Source: Azolla caroliniana (Eukaryota > Plantae > Polypodiophyta). Taken from it: a stretch of 64,000 bases of DNA. The DNA is taken from NCBI GenBank assembly GCA_043228905.1, contig JBHGNT010000020.1, positions 5,332,001 through 5,396,000 of the forward strand, written 5' to 3'. Shown here piece after piece: positions 1 to 12,249 of the stretch. Numbering within the stretch: the first letter of the stretch is position 1; the number at the start of each line of letters is the position of its first letter. The translations under genes and the position numbers were made by a program. Under the pieces are notes generated by a model. The model made no database searches. It was not told the origin of the DNA and was given only the letters and a program-made list of their open reading frames with translations.

Positions 1-13
1 TAGCACTTGAAGT
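1..13 (-). CDS. PAR1-family protein, start of exon 3 (runs off the window)
   Basis: AAG|ACT TCA AGT GCT gives ...YKCE-TSSA in phase 0, matching the C-x-T-S motif that follows in PAR1 proteins. Only 13 nt visible. Confidence 0.55.
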
Positions 14-375
14 CTTGTGGTTGGTGTTAATTCCCTTACATCATGATAGAAGGGAAATGGGGGCGACTTAGATAAGTATGAATAAGAAAATGAACCCAAT
101 TCACATGATAGACCTCATTTTAGCTAGGTACTACTCTTTGCCTTTTTCCTATAGGAGCTACCCTTTGCCTTTAAGCCGGAAATCAACATCTTTCCGATTC
201 CAAAAATGGTCACAAAGGGGTTGGACAATCCCACATAAATCCATATAATTCCCATGGTTTACAAGGTCACGAATCAAGTGAGAAAATTTAATATTTCCTT
301 CATGTAGATATGGTGGTTGTGAATCTCAATTTATACTTTCTATGGTGTTTCTTGGAGTATGGACAAATGTTTTAC

Positions 376-485
376 CTCACATTTGTATGTGTTCCCTTCT
401 TTCTGAAGCACACAATGTTGTCCTCGCGATGATACTGAATAGCTACACCGAGTTATTGGCAAGTTCTCACATAATAATGATGCAT
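376..485 (-). CDS. PAR1-family secreted protein, exon 2
   Basis: Reads (N)ASLLCENLPITRCSYSVSSRGQHCVLQKEGNTYKCE, matching my recollection of the PAR1 (PF06521) pattern CExLPxxxCxF/YSV/ISSxGxxCxL...YxC. Flanked by CAG acceptor and GAG|GTAAAA donor. Confidence 0.8.
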
Positions 486-573
486 CTGCCACTAATTTGA
501 GGTTTAAGTTAATTAGGACATTGATGAAAGTATTCACAAACATAATGCAGAAAAATCTCTCTAAGAAACCTAC

Positions 574-631
574 TAGAAATAATAGGGAGTGTTGTTATTA
601 GGGCTACAAACACTATGTATGTTGTCCTCAT
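574..631 (-). CDS. PAR1-family secreted protein, exon 1 (signal peptide)
   Basis: ATG at 631 reads MRTTYIVFVALITTLPIIS+A, a hydrophobic signal-like stretch. Phase-1 donor GTAGGT at 573; 88-nt intron 486-573 ends in GCAG. Confidence 0.7.
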
Positions 632-1346
632 GATGTCACGTTCTATGGAGATGTTGAGCTCTTAGTAGTATTGTTTTTTTTCACTTCACTTGCAAACAAC
701 TTGAGGAGGCTTCAATCATCTATTATAGTTGCCAAAGTCATGCTATGCTCTGAGAAAAAATATTATAATTAACAATAAGTAGATCACTACACATGCCCCT
801 CGTTTTCATTCAACTCCTCTTCAACCAACCATCAAAGCTTTTTGGTATTTGTGAAATTTTACTTTACAACACATTGTTTAAAGGGAAAGGAAACATACAT
901 TTACTGGCAACAACTTGCAAAGTTTTATATTAAGTTTGAATAAACAATCTTCAAGCACCCTCATCATCGATCATAGTGATGATGTGCACGTATATAAATA
1001 TATTTTCTTAAGAACTTTCATTTGATGTTATGGATACACATACACACATAAAGTCAAATGAGTTATAGACTATTATTGTAGAGTTCTTGAAAATTTCCCC
1101 AGCCTTAAACAAACTCTCTACATCTGTAGAGGGAAAGACACACATTATATATATAACACATCATTGTTGACTTATGTCTGTTTTTTCATGGCTTTTATCC
1201 TTCTTCTTTTCTTGGGAAAGATGAACTATTAAACAAATGATAGTTTTAAAGCTTTTGAGTTTGATATGGAAAAATTTAAATCAAATCTAGGGAATCAGTG
1301 AGAGATGAAGGAACTCCATTTACATGTAAGGACTTTTCAAGTAACT

Positions 1347-1348
1347 TA

Positions 1349-1389
<41 letters not shown>
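1347..1389. repeat. (TG)n(TA)n microsatellite
   Basis: tgtgtgtg followed by an uninterrupted TA run. Confidence 0.9.
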
Positions 1390-1392
<3 letters not shown>

Positions 1393-2772
1393 AACGTGAT
1401 AGATCATGGATGATCTATTACTACAAATCTTAATATTACACCATAGAACTAAATAATTATATGACAATTCTTGAAGAATCAAAAATTCGACCTACGCTCA
1501 AAGCTCAATATATCTATGTCAATTCTCACATTTATCTTTATAATATTTTTTCAACAACTTTCTATATGTGATATCGTATTTCGGAACACTTAACGTGGGT
1601 ATGTTTTCGAAGAAAGGAGCGCATGGGTGAATCACTCCTTGTTGGTAAGGTGGCTTAGTCCATCACTATGATAATCAAACTTTATTATATGATGTAGTTT
1701 GAAAATACCTTTGATATTCATCATTGTTAGTTGTATCACTAGTTTATCTAAATATGCTTCCTTGTCACATTTAGGAGTTGATTTATATAATGATAAAAAA
1801 AGCATACATTCCAAACACAAACTAAACTAGCCAACAAGTAAAAAATCAATAAAGAGGGATAAAGAATTGAAATTAGATTACTATTAACTACTTTGGAAGT
1901 AGAAATAATGTTTACCTAAAACAATCTTGGTTTTACAAGATAGGTCATTAATTTTGTCATATGAAGATTGGTCTTGACATGATAGGTAATTCATTTCGTC
2001 TTATAAACATTGGTTTGATAAGACTTACTAGTAGGGATTTAGCCTTGATACATCAAGGACCTTACTGCTCTGTCCATTCATCATAGAAGCATTATACTTG
2101 AATGCATTTGAAGAAGAACTTCTTGTATTCTAGATATTTGTGTTCTTGATCAAGTTGAATCTTGGTTTTCAGAAACCAGTGTTGTGATGATGTAGCATCT
2201 CCGAAGGGAGAAAAACGAGACAAAGTCAACACGGTCATTAGAAGAAAAGATTATTTAAAATATGCTGGATGGTAGGAGGCTCAAGGATAAAGGTCACCAT
2301 AATCTAAGTAAGAGGAGATTTGAATAGATAAAGATAAAAGTGTTTTCATAACAACCAAAAAGTAGAAAAAATGCAAGTCGTGGATATTAAGAATTTGATA
2401 GGAGAAAATGCCCAAAACTTCTTTATCTGAAATCCAAATTGAGAAAGCAATTAAAATGCTAAGGAGGAGAGACTTTCAAGAATATTTCGCAATGGAGTTA
2501 CAATAGAAATAGGATTGTGATAGAAACAATAAGTCTTTGTCAAAGAGGATACGTAAGCCTACATGTATATATCCATTAGAAAGCAAGCATAGACTAACAA
2601 GAATGAAATAAAAAACCTATAAATAGGAGAAAATTCGAGAGATTCTTAAGAGAAAAAAAGAAAGATTCAAGTTTAGATGATGAAGTGAGAAGAAACATAG
2701 TAGAAAAAAGAGGGAGAAGAAATAAAGACTATTATGACTTAAAGTGATTTAAATTTACATACTTCTCTAGTG

Positions 2773-2937
2773 CGTGGTTGTATCTATGATAATAGTAGTT
2801 TGTATTCTCTCCATAATAGTAAATTGTAGTCTTATTTTTGCTCTTCTTCTCTTCTCTTTTGTCACTCTTATTCTTTAGTTTTTGGTTGTATCTATGGTAT
2901 ATTGACTTTGTATTCTCTCTATAATAGTAAATTTTAG
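2773..2937. repeat. Imperfect direct duplication, ~108-bp period
   Basis: tggttgtatctatg...ttgtattctct..ataatagtaaatt occurs at ~2776-2827 and ~2883-2935. Confidence 0.7.
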
Positions 2938-3233
2938 AGCAAATATGTGCGGAAGAACGTTTTGGGACCTGTCGATTATGCACAATAGACAACCTAGATA
3001 GTATGACAGAGGAAATGGTAGATAGACGAGCTCTAAGCTTTAATGGAAGCTCTTTTTTTTCTGTTTTCTCTCTCTCTCTCTCTCTCTCTCTCTACAAGAC
3101 TCAAGATACAAGAATGATCAAAAAACACATATTACAACGTTAGGTTAGGGTTTATATACTCAAGCCCTACCTATTGGTTGTGTTCACACTAGTAATGATA
3201 CAAATTGGAAGGAGTCGGCCTTTTATGCCAACA
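2933..3233 (-). repeat. 3' LTR (F-like Copia); PPT at 3234-3244
   Basis: Ends ...ggaaggagtcggccttttatgccaaca as in LTRs 24206-24511 and 56778-57097. Adjacent aactcccccgt is the reverse complement of a PPT. Confidence 0.8.
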
Positions 3234-3394
3234 AACTCCCCCGTAAAAGGGCTACTCTTTCTAATTACAATTGTATGGGGTTATCTCCCATGTAAACCTA
3301 GATTACAGTTTTAATCTAAAGTTATAGTTGTAAGTTGTTCAGTATATAGCTGAGTTGGCTGAGATAAAGTTGGTATCTAGCTTCATTTGGCTAG

Positions 3395-4419
3395 TCATCC
3401 GGATCGGCTTGTTCGACTTGGTTGGATCTTCGACTTACCTTTTGCTCCTTGTTCGAGATTCTTTTGCTTGGTTGTTTGTCGTAGTTCCATCTTTGTCCTC
3501 GGTGCTCTGAAGCGTTGATTTGGGAGTGACTTCGTCAAGCAAACGATGATGTTCACCTCAATGTCGATCTTCCGGACTTCGAGCTTCTTCTCGATTACAA
3601 GCTCCCGGATATGATGATACCACACCTCAATATGCTTTGTCTTCGCATGATAGACATGAATATTGATGAGGTGTATTGTTCTTTGTGAGTCACAGTAGAT
3701 GGTCAGTGTTGGTCGGTCAATTTGGCTCGTAGTCGAAAAATCGGCAGTCAGTTGGTGCAGCCAGATTGCTTCCTTTGCTGCCTCTAATACTGCTATGTAC
3801 TCCGCGCCTCTATAGTAGATAGGGTCGTGCACTCTTGAAATTTTTACCTTCATGATATGGCACCGTCACCATAGGTGAATATGTAGCTTGATGTTGACTT
3901 CCGATTGTCCAAATTCCCGGCGTAGTCAGAGTCGGTGTAGCCTTTGACTTTGGTCAGATTTGCCGATCCGAAAGTCAGGTGTGCATCTTCGATACCTCTT
4001 AGGTACCTAAAGATGTGCTTGATGGCCTCCTAATGCTTTCGTCCTAGGTTACACAAGTATCGATTGACGACCCCTATGGCATAGGCAAGGTCGGGTCGAG
4101 TCGTCACCATCACGTACATGATACTTCCTAAGGCCGATGCGTAGGGTATCTTTCCATTAAGCTTTTTCTCCTCATCCGTCGAAGGAGAGTCTCTGTCCGA
4201 TAGTCGATCGATATCGGAAGCGGTGTTGGTGTTGCCTTGGAATTTTCCATGTTGAAGTGTCTCAACACCTTTCGGATGTAGTCGGACTGGGAGAGTCGAA
4301 GAGTCTTCGTTTTTCGATTTCGCTCTATCCTCATGCCCAATATATGTTGGGCTTGTCCAAGTTCCTTCATCGCAAACTTGTCCTGAAGGCTCCGCTTTAG
4401 CTTTCTGATTTCCGCTTGA
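3395..4419 (-). pseudogene. pol: Copia RT C-terminus and RNase H (disrupted)
   Basis: FAMKELGQAQHILGMRIER, AEYIA, IYCDSQ, HAKTKHIEVWYH motifs with frameshifts and stops. Confidence 0.9.
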
Positions 4420-6724
4420 TTACTCGGTTTCTTGTCCATATCTGGCCGGTTCGTCAAGTGTCATCCGGTTACCGGCTAGCGTCCGGTTTTCAACTGGGTA
4501 AGTCCTTGTGTCCTCAAGCCAATTTTCAATGAATGATCCGGAGTTCATCACCTTCTCCAACTCCCATTCAGCAATGGTCCTGTCTTCCATGAAGACTGTG
4601 TCCTGACTCCGGAACACCTTCTTGTTGACTAGATCCCACACCCGGTAACCGAACTCATCATCGCCGTATCCAAGGAATATGCATGACCTGGACTTCGGAT
4701 CCAGCTTTGCTTGGTTGTCCTTTGCAACATGCACATATGCGAGACACCCGAACACCTTCAAATGCCGGTAAGATACATCTTTACCGGTCCATACTTTCTG
4801 AGGTGAGTCTCCTTCCAAGGGTGTTGAGGGTGATCTATTTATCACATAGGTTGCCGCCGTCAGCGCCTCAACCCAAAACTTCTTGGGTAACTTTGCATGT
4901 GCTACCATGCTCCGAACTCTCTCCATTATGGTCTGGTTCATCCTTTTGGCCAGCCCTTTTAGTTCCGGCCTCTTCGGCACAGTAAACTCGAGCCAGATTC
5001 CCTTCGATTGGTAGTACTCCTCAAACTGCCCCCAGTATTCTCCTCCATTATCTGCTCGAACCGCCTTCAGCTTCCGACCGGTTTCTCTTTCTACTCTCGC
5101 GTGGATCTCCTTGAAGACGGATAAAACTTGATCCTTCGTCTTCAGTGGTGAGTCCCACAACATCCGGCTATGGTCATCTATGAACGTTACGAAGTACTAC
5201 GATCCGGCATGTGACTTCGTGTCCACTTGACACACATCAGTATGCACCAACTCCAGTGGTGCATTTCGTCTCATCGGTGGTCTTGACTGGAAGGAGGTTC
5301 GTTTTTGCTTGCCGTCCAAGCAATCAATGCACTTCTCAAGTCGCACGTCCTTCATCGGAATGAGGTTGTCTTCGGCAAGCCTCTTCATCCCCTTCTCACT
5401 CATGTGACACAGTCTTTTGTGCCACAACTCACCGACAGTGTCGGATGCTACGTTCACTTCTCCCCGGCATATCCGTGCATTCATCAAGTACAATGTGTTG
5501 ACCTTCCAGGCTCGACCCACTATTAAGCTCCCTTTGCAGAACTTCATGACACCATTCCGGATGCTACCTGTGTAGCCTTCATCATTTGGCCGACCGGCTG
5601 ATATCAGGTTCAGTCGAACCTCCGGAACGTGTCAGACATCCTTCAGCAGCAATTTGCATCCGATTGATGTCGCCAACAACACATCTCCTATGCCGATAAT
5701 TCAGCATGTGCCTTCATTCCCCATCCAGACACAACCATGATCACCAGTTATGTAGGATGAGAAGCATTTCCGATCCGGTGTTAGGTGGAACGACGCTCCG
5801 GAATCGACAACCCATGCTGCATCATCGCCGACAAGGTTTAACTCATTCTCTTCAGTAATAAGCATCAGTTCTTCTTCACTTGTCGCGATTGCCGACGTTC
5901 CTTTCCGATTCGGGCCTCTCTGGTCTGAACTCTTCTTCGAATCTGTAGTGCCGGTTTCTTTCTCCTTCTGGAAATGCCGGCAATTCTTCTAGAAGTGTCC
6001 TGGCTTCCCGTAATAGAAGCACGTGGGCCTCCCCCTTGACTTTGACCTCGTCCCTAATTGGTCCCGGTTTTGGGGACTCCAATACCGACCTCTTCCCCGG
6101 TTGTGGTCATATTCCGTGACCAAGGCCTTCGGATCGGTTTTGGAGTCCTAGTCCTTCCGGCGAGCTTCTTCATCTAGCAAGCTTGATTTTACCCTTGCTA
6201 GGGACAACTGTTTTCCTTCCGGCCCGGCGTTGCCCAACGTGACAACTAACGTCTTCCAACTATCCGGGAGGGAACCGAGCAGGAGCAATGCTAGTACCTC
6301 ATCGGTGAGAGGTACTTCCAACAAGGTTGCTTGATGTATCAGCCCCTGGAGGGCATTCATGTGCTCTGCCATACTGGAGCCGTCTTGGTACCGAAGCCTC
6401 ACTAGCTTCCGGAATACCGAAACTTGATTAATGGCATTCTTGTTCTGGAACATGATGTTGATCTTCTCCCAGAGTTCATTCATGAGCCTTGCTCTCTTCA
6501 TTGAAGTTGTTGTACAGGCTCATGTCGGTGAAGCACAATATGTATTCTGTCGTCTTCATGTGCATCACCTCCCACATTGTGGCGTCGATCTTATCCGGTC
6601 TCTTGTCCCTGAACTGAACTGGCAACGAAAGATCTTTGATCACCAGCATATCCCTCATCTTCGACTTCCACACTGAGTAGTTGGACTTGGTGAGCTTGAA
6701 CATGCCGCCGAATGATTCTTCCAT
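4420..6724 (-). pseudogene. gag-pol: Copia gag-protease-integrase (disrupted)
   Basis: MEESFGGMFKLTKSNYSVWKSKMRD, WVVDSGAS, LWHKRLCHMSEKG, RADNGGEY, GCLAYVH. Confidence 0.9.
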
Positions 6725-6753
6725 TTCCCATGTTGTTCGCTCTAATACCAGTT

Positions 6754-7288
6754 TGTTGAGAATGGCGCGGAATATTTCTCGGCCACAACCGACTCTTGAA
6801 CACTTCTCTGAGAATGAAACACAGAAATGGGAAGTGGAGAGTACACAAAGGAAATACACAAGATGTTTACGTGGAAAACCCTGAATGGGGAAAACCACGG
6901 GAGCCCACAGACTCCAACTATCATTATGAAGAAAAGAGGGTACAGGTAGAGACTCGGAGGCAACGACCTCAAGCTCTGTATCTTCACCAACCGACGGCTA
7001 CAACAGAGTATTTCTCTATATCTCACACTCTCTCTCTGTTGCTCTCTCTCTCTCTGTACAACAATATGACAATAACAACAACAACCACCACTCACAAAGT
7101 GATTTCCCTAAGTCATATTTATACTTATATGAACTTAGGGTTATTTACAAATATAGCCTCAATAGGCTTACTCAAAACATATTTACAGATATGTCTTCTC
7201 TTCCGGTTCTCACTGGCTCTCTTCCGGTTCTCACCAGGTCCTCTTCATTCATTATCGGGTCCCATCCGGAGCGACCGATTTCCCAACA
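6754..7288 (-). repeat. 5' LTR of Copia; PBS (tRNA-iMet) at 6739-6750
   Basis: TGTTG...CAACA termini; TGGTATTAGAGC on the minus strand 3 nt inside. Confidence 0.9.
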
Positions 7289-7342
7289 GATTACACATAG
7301 ATAATACACTTTAGAGCGTATGTTAGACGGATTGGATTACCT

Positions 7343-7924
7343 TATTGGGAAACAGGTCCTTCCTGATGGGAAGAAGAGAACGAACCGAATTGAAGACACA
7401 TGGGTAATTCAGCCAAGGCTGAAATTGAAAATTGAAAATCGATTATATAATTGATTGAGGAGACTATATTTGTAAATAGTCTAAAGGTGTCCCATGTGGG
7501 CTAGATTTGTAAATAGCTTGAACGTTGTATAAGTATAAATACAACTAGAGAAAACTTTATGTATAATGATAGTAGTGAATCAATTAATGATAAGGGGATA
7601 CTTACTGACAAGGTTGTCTCTGTAACTGTGAATTAGAGTGAGAGTGAGAGTAGTAACTTTGTCGTCATCTTTTAGACGAAGACAAGCTCCAGGTTGTTGC
7701 ATCAGAGACTCCCTGTACTCCTCTCCATACACATAGTGATTTGTTTTCTTTGGGTTTGTGGACGCTCGTGGTTTTTCACTTTTCGGGTTTTCCACGTAAA
7801 ATATCCAGTGTCTCGTCTATTCGAATTTTCAGTACTTTCTGTTTTTTTATCTGTGCACTATCTTTCTCAATTATTTGCACCCACATACGAATGTGAACAA
7901 GTTATGGCTGATTGATTCTCAACA
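7343..7924 (+). repeat. 5' LTR of Copia G
   Basis: TATTGGG (TG mutated to TA)...CTCAACA, followed by the PBS and gag ATG at 7941. Confidence 0.88.
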
Positions 7925-7940
7925 AAGTGGTATCAAAGCG

Positions 7941-10900
7941 ATGGACGAACGTTTCAGTGGAATGTTCAAGTTAATTGGCTCCAACTACTAAGTGTGGAAG
8001 TCGAAGATGCGGGATATGCTCATGTGCAAAGACTTGTGGTTGTCGGTGCATTACAGAAAGACAAAACCAGACAAAATTGATGCATCGACTTGGGAAGTGT
8101 TGCATCTGAAGTCGTCTGCATACATAAGGTGTTTTATAGATATGAGTCTATACAACAACTTGGATAAAGAGACGAGTGCTGACACCCTTTGGAAGAAGAT
8201 TGGCATGATGTTCGAAAACAAGAACACCGTGAAAAGAGTCTCAGTTTTCAGAAAAACCGTGAGACTCCGGTATCAAGACTGCTCCAACATGGCGGAGCAT
8301 TTTAATGCCTTCCAAGGACAGATGAATCAAACCACCTCTCTAGAAGTACCTCTTGCCGATGAGGTATTAGCACTATTGTTGTTGGGATCCCTTCCAGACA
8401 ACTGGGAGACGCTCGTTGTCACATTGGGCAATGTTGGACTGGAATGGAAGCATTTATCCCTAGAGTAGGTGATGTCAAGATTACTAAACGAGGAAGCTCA
8501 CCGGAAGGACAGAGAGTCCATTGCCCACCCGAAGGCCTTAGTCATGGAAAGTGACATGAATCGAGGAAGAGGCCGAAATAAAAGTCCCCAAAATTGAGAT
8601 AACTCGGGGACAAGGTCGAAGTCGAGGGGAAGGCCCACGTGCTTTTATTGTGGGAAGTTGGGGCTCTTCCAAAAGAATTGCCAACACTTTCGAAAGGATA
8701 AAGGGGGAGCCAATAGTGTGCAGCCAAAGAAGATTTCGGACAGCAAGAACACATCAGCAATTGCGACAAGTGAGGAGGAGTTGTTGTTCATTAGTGAGCA
8801 AAACGAAGTGAACCTTGTTGGCGATGAATCAACATGGGTGGTCGATTCAGGTGCACCATTTCACCTAACCCCCAACCGGAAGTGCTTTTCATCTTATAGA
8901 CCTGAAGATCTCGGATTTGTAAAGATGGGAAATGAAGGAGCATGTTGAATCGTCAACATTGGAGATGTGTGCTTGACAATGTCAACCAATTGCAAACTTG
9001 TGTTGAGAAACGTACGACGCATTCTGGAAGTTCAACTGAACTTAATATCAACTGGTCGGCTGGATGATGAAGGCTACACGGGTAGCATCCGATGGAATGG
9101 TGTCATGAAGTTCTGTAATGGGAGCCTGATCGTGGCTCAAGCTTGGAAAACCAACACACTATATTTGATGCATGCTCGATTATGCCGAAATGAAGCAAAT
9201 GTGGCAGCTGACACAATCGGTGAACTATGGCACAAGATGTTATGCCACATGAGCCAAAAGGGAATGGAGATACTAGCCGAAAAGGAACTCTTGCCAGAGG
9301 TGAAGAAAGTGCATCTAGATAAATGTGCTGATTTCCTGGCCGGCAAACAGAACAGAGTCGTGTTCTGGCTGAGGCCTCCGATTCGGAGGAAAACCGCCCT
9401 GGAACTCGTACACACCAATGTATGTTATGTAGGTGTAAAGTCTCATTCCGGTGGACAGTACTTTGTTACCTTCATTGATGACCATAGTTGTAAATTGTGG
9501 GCTTATGTGCGGAGATGAAGGACCACATACTAAGTGTTTTCAAGGTGTTCCAAGCGAGAGACAAGAGAGAAACCGGTCAAAAATTGAAGGTAGTTCGAAT
9601 GGACAACGGCGGTGAATACCAAGGGCAATTCGAAGTGTATTGCTGATCCCACGGTATTCGGATAGAGTACATAGTGCCAAAGACACCCGAGCTTAATGGG
9701 ATGGCCGAGCATATGAACCGGAGTATCATGGAGAGAGTCTGATGTATGTAGGCACATACGAAATTGTCGAAGATATACTAGGTTGAAGAGCGTATATTAG
9801 TCGTTTATGTGATAAACAAGTCTCTCTTAGTCACACAGGAAGGCAACACACCATATAGGGTATGGTTCGGCAAAGACGCGTCATATCGGCATCTATGAGT
9901 GTTCGGTTGCCTGGCCTATGTACATACAGCTAAGGACCAGAGGGGGAAACTTGATCCCAAGAGCCAACCATGCCTATTTCTCGGCTACGGCAAAGATGAA
10001 TTCGGCTATCGACTATGGGACCTAATCGACAAGAAGGTGATTAGGAGCTGAGATATTGTCTTCATGGATATTGAAAGTAGGCCTTTATCTACCGAGTTGA
10101 TGCTCGGCCGAATCGAGCAGAAGTCGATTCGATCTCAATCGAATCCGAGCCAGGCGGTTAATTAAATACTTAGCAAAATCGAGAACCAACTCAAGAACAA
10201 GGGGAATCGGTCGAACAAGGAACCGAATTTTACTCGGGTAAAGAAGTCGAAGAAGAACCGACCATGCCGAATGGAGGCAGAAGATATCCCTTGAGAGAGA
10301 GAAGATCCCCCCAGAGATTTCCGAATGAAGAACGTGTACTGTTAATAGATGAGGGGGAGCTGGAAAGCTTTGATGAAGCTAAGAAAGATACAACCAAAAG
10401 TGGTTGAGTGCCATGCAAGAGGAGATGGATTCCTTGCATGAGAACCACACATACGAATTGATTGAGTTGCCGAAAGGGAAAAGCGCACTTCGGAATAAGT
10501 GGGTATACAAGTTGAAACCGGGAGATGGTGGGAATCTAGCCAGTTTCAACAAGATATTTGCCCCGGTTGTAAAGATGACGTCAATCCAAACAGTGTTGAG
10601 CATAACGGCCAACATGGATCTCAAAGTCGAATAGCCAAACGTCAAGACTCCCTTCCTTCATGGAGATTTGGAGGAAGAGATATATATGCAACAACCAGAA
10701 GGATTCATGGAGAAAGGTAAAGAAAACCTGGTATGCCGATTGACGAAGAGCTTATATGGACTAAAGCAGGCTCTTCGGCAATGGTACCGAAAATTTGAAT
10801 CCTTCATGGTAGATCAAGGGTACCACAAAAGGCAGGTTGATTATAGCGTTTTTGTGAAGAAGTTCGAGGGAGGAGATTTCCTCATTCTCCTGCTATATGT

Positions 10901-11517
10901 CGATGACATGTTGATTGTCGGACGAGACCTAAAGAAAATCAGAAGCTTGAAGAAGGCCTTGAGTAGGTCATTCTCGATGAAGGATATGGGTCCGACAAAG
11001 CAAATCTTGGGGATGCACATTGTTTGGGATCGGATGAAGAAGCTGTTATGGTTGTCACAGGAGAAGTACGTGACGAAGGTGCTCTAGAGATTCGGCTTGG
11101 AAATCGTGAAACCAATCGGCTCAACACTGCCAACAAACAACAAACTATCCGCAACACAATGTCTGAAATCGAAAACGGAGAAGGCTGAGATGAGTAAGGT
11201 ACCTAATGCCCCAACAGTCATAAGCCTAATGTATGTGATGGTATGTACCAAGCCGAACATTGGATACGTTGTCGGTGTAGTCAGCCGATATATGAGCAAC
11301 CCGGAAGAGAGCATTGGGCTGCTATGAAGTGGATACTTTGGTACCTGAGAGGCACCTCAAGCGTTTCCTTCCAATTCGGCTCAGGTAACCCCACACGGGA
11401 AGGTTATACTAATTCGAATATGTCGACTGATGTGGATACTAGTTGACCCACGTCTGGATACGTGATGACTTATGCAAGGGGAGTCATCTCGTGGTAGTCG
11501 AGGTTGTAGAAGGCCGT
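7941..11517 (+). pseudogene. gag-pol: Copia G gag-pol (many stops; small deletion in RT near 10540)
   Basis: gag, zinc knuckle remnant, WVVDSGA, LWHKMLCHMS, SLYGLKQA, LLYVDDML in PR-IN-RT-RH order. Confidence 0.92.
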
Positions 11518-12029
11518 TGTTAGCCGGACAGGATGGGCGTCGGATAAGTGTGGAAGCGTCGGAATCGACAAGGTTCGGAAAGTACGGTGTCGGAGTCGGA
11601 TCGACTATGCGGATCGATGAGTCAACAGTTTTGCCGACTAAATAAAAAATACAAATATTAATTAGGGTTAGTTAGATTTTTGTTAGTTCTTGCCGATAAG
11701 GCAAATTGTAATTCTTGATAGAACCACCTATCGGGCTACCTATAAAAAGGAACCCAAGGCAATGTAACACTATCCTCTGTTTTAGTTAATATAGTTTTTA
11801 GTTGTAGGAATTTTGAGCACTTGTGTTAATATTTATATAGATCTATATGTTGCTCTACTATAATTGCACTAACTAACAGAAACAATCACGATACAGAATA
11901 CGGTATCGCAGGATATGATTAACATAGTTTAATCCATTCGTACTCTAAAATTCTTTGATAGAACGTTCAGAACAGAATGTTCGACTTTACTAATTATCGA
12001 TGACAGAGTAGGCTGTCGACCGAACAACA
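11518..12029 (+). repeat. 5' LTR of Gypsy A
   Basis: Colinear with 57685-58196; TATA-like ctataaaa near 11740. Confidence 0.93.
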
Positions 12030-12249
12030 CAGTAATTTTGGCATGCCCGGTTACATCTGCATTTAGCAGAGAAAAGTCAAATGGATGTCGTTTGGTCCGG
12101 ATACACCAGTCGGTCGTAAACGTCCTCGTACACGATCAGGTACGAAGCGTGTCGAAGAGGATTCTACTGTTGTTGATTAACAACAAACAAGTCGGAGGTG
12201 GTCTTCAGTTCTTGACTTAACCGACAATTAGTTCGACGGAAATCAGTCT

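Larger units (their letters stand above)
2933..7288 (-). mobile_element. Composite Ty1/Copia remnant: 5' half (LTR-gag-PR-IN) of an E/G-like family fused to the 3' half (late RT-RNaseH-LTR) of an F-like family
   Basis: 5' LTR 6754-7288 resembles E LTRs; 3' LTR ~2933-3233 resembles F LTRs. Junction ~4420 joins the post-integrase linker to mid-RT. No TSD found; left boundary approximate. Confidence 0.8.

Noticed and set aside
632-2770. Short ORFs (1276-1482, 1632-1820) and possible transposon remnants
   Set aside because: AT-rich, no motifs or terminal repeats that I can support; treated as intergenic/promoter DNA.
6754-7924. Head-to-head LTRs as one inverted-repeat (DIRS-like or foldback) element
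   Set aside because: They are the 5' LTRs of two separate, diverged Copia copies, each with its own PBS and gag, 54 bp apart; no tyrosine recombinase is present.
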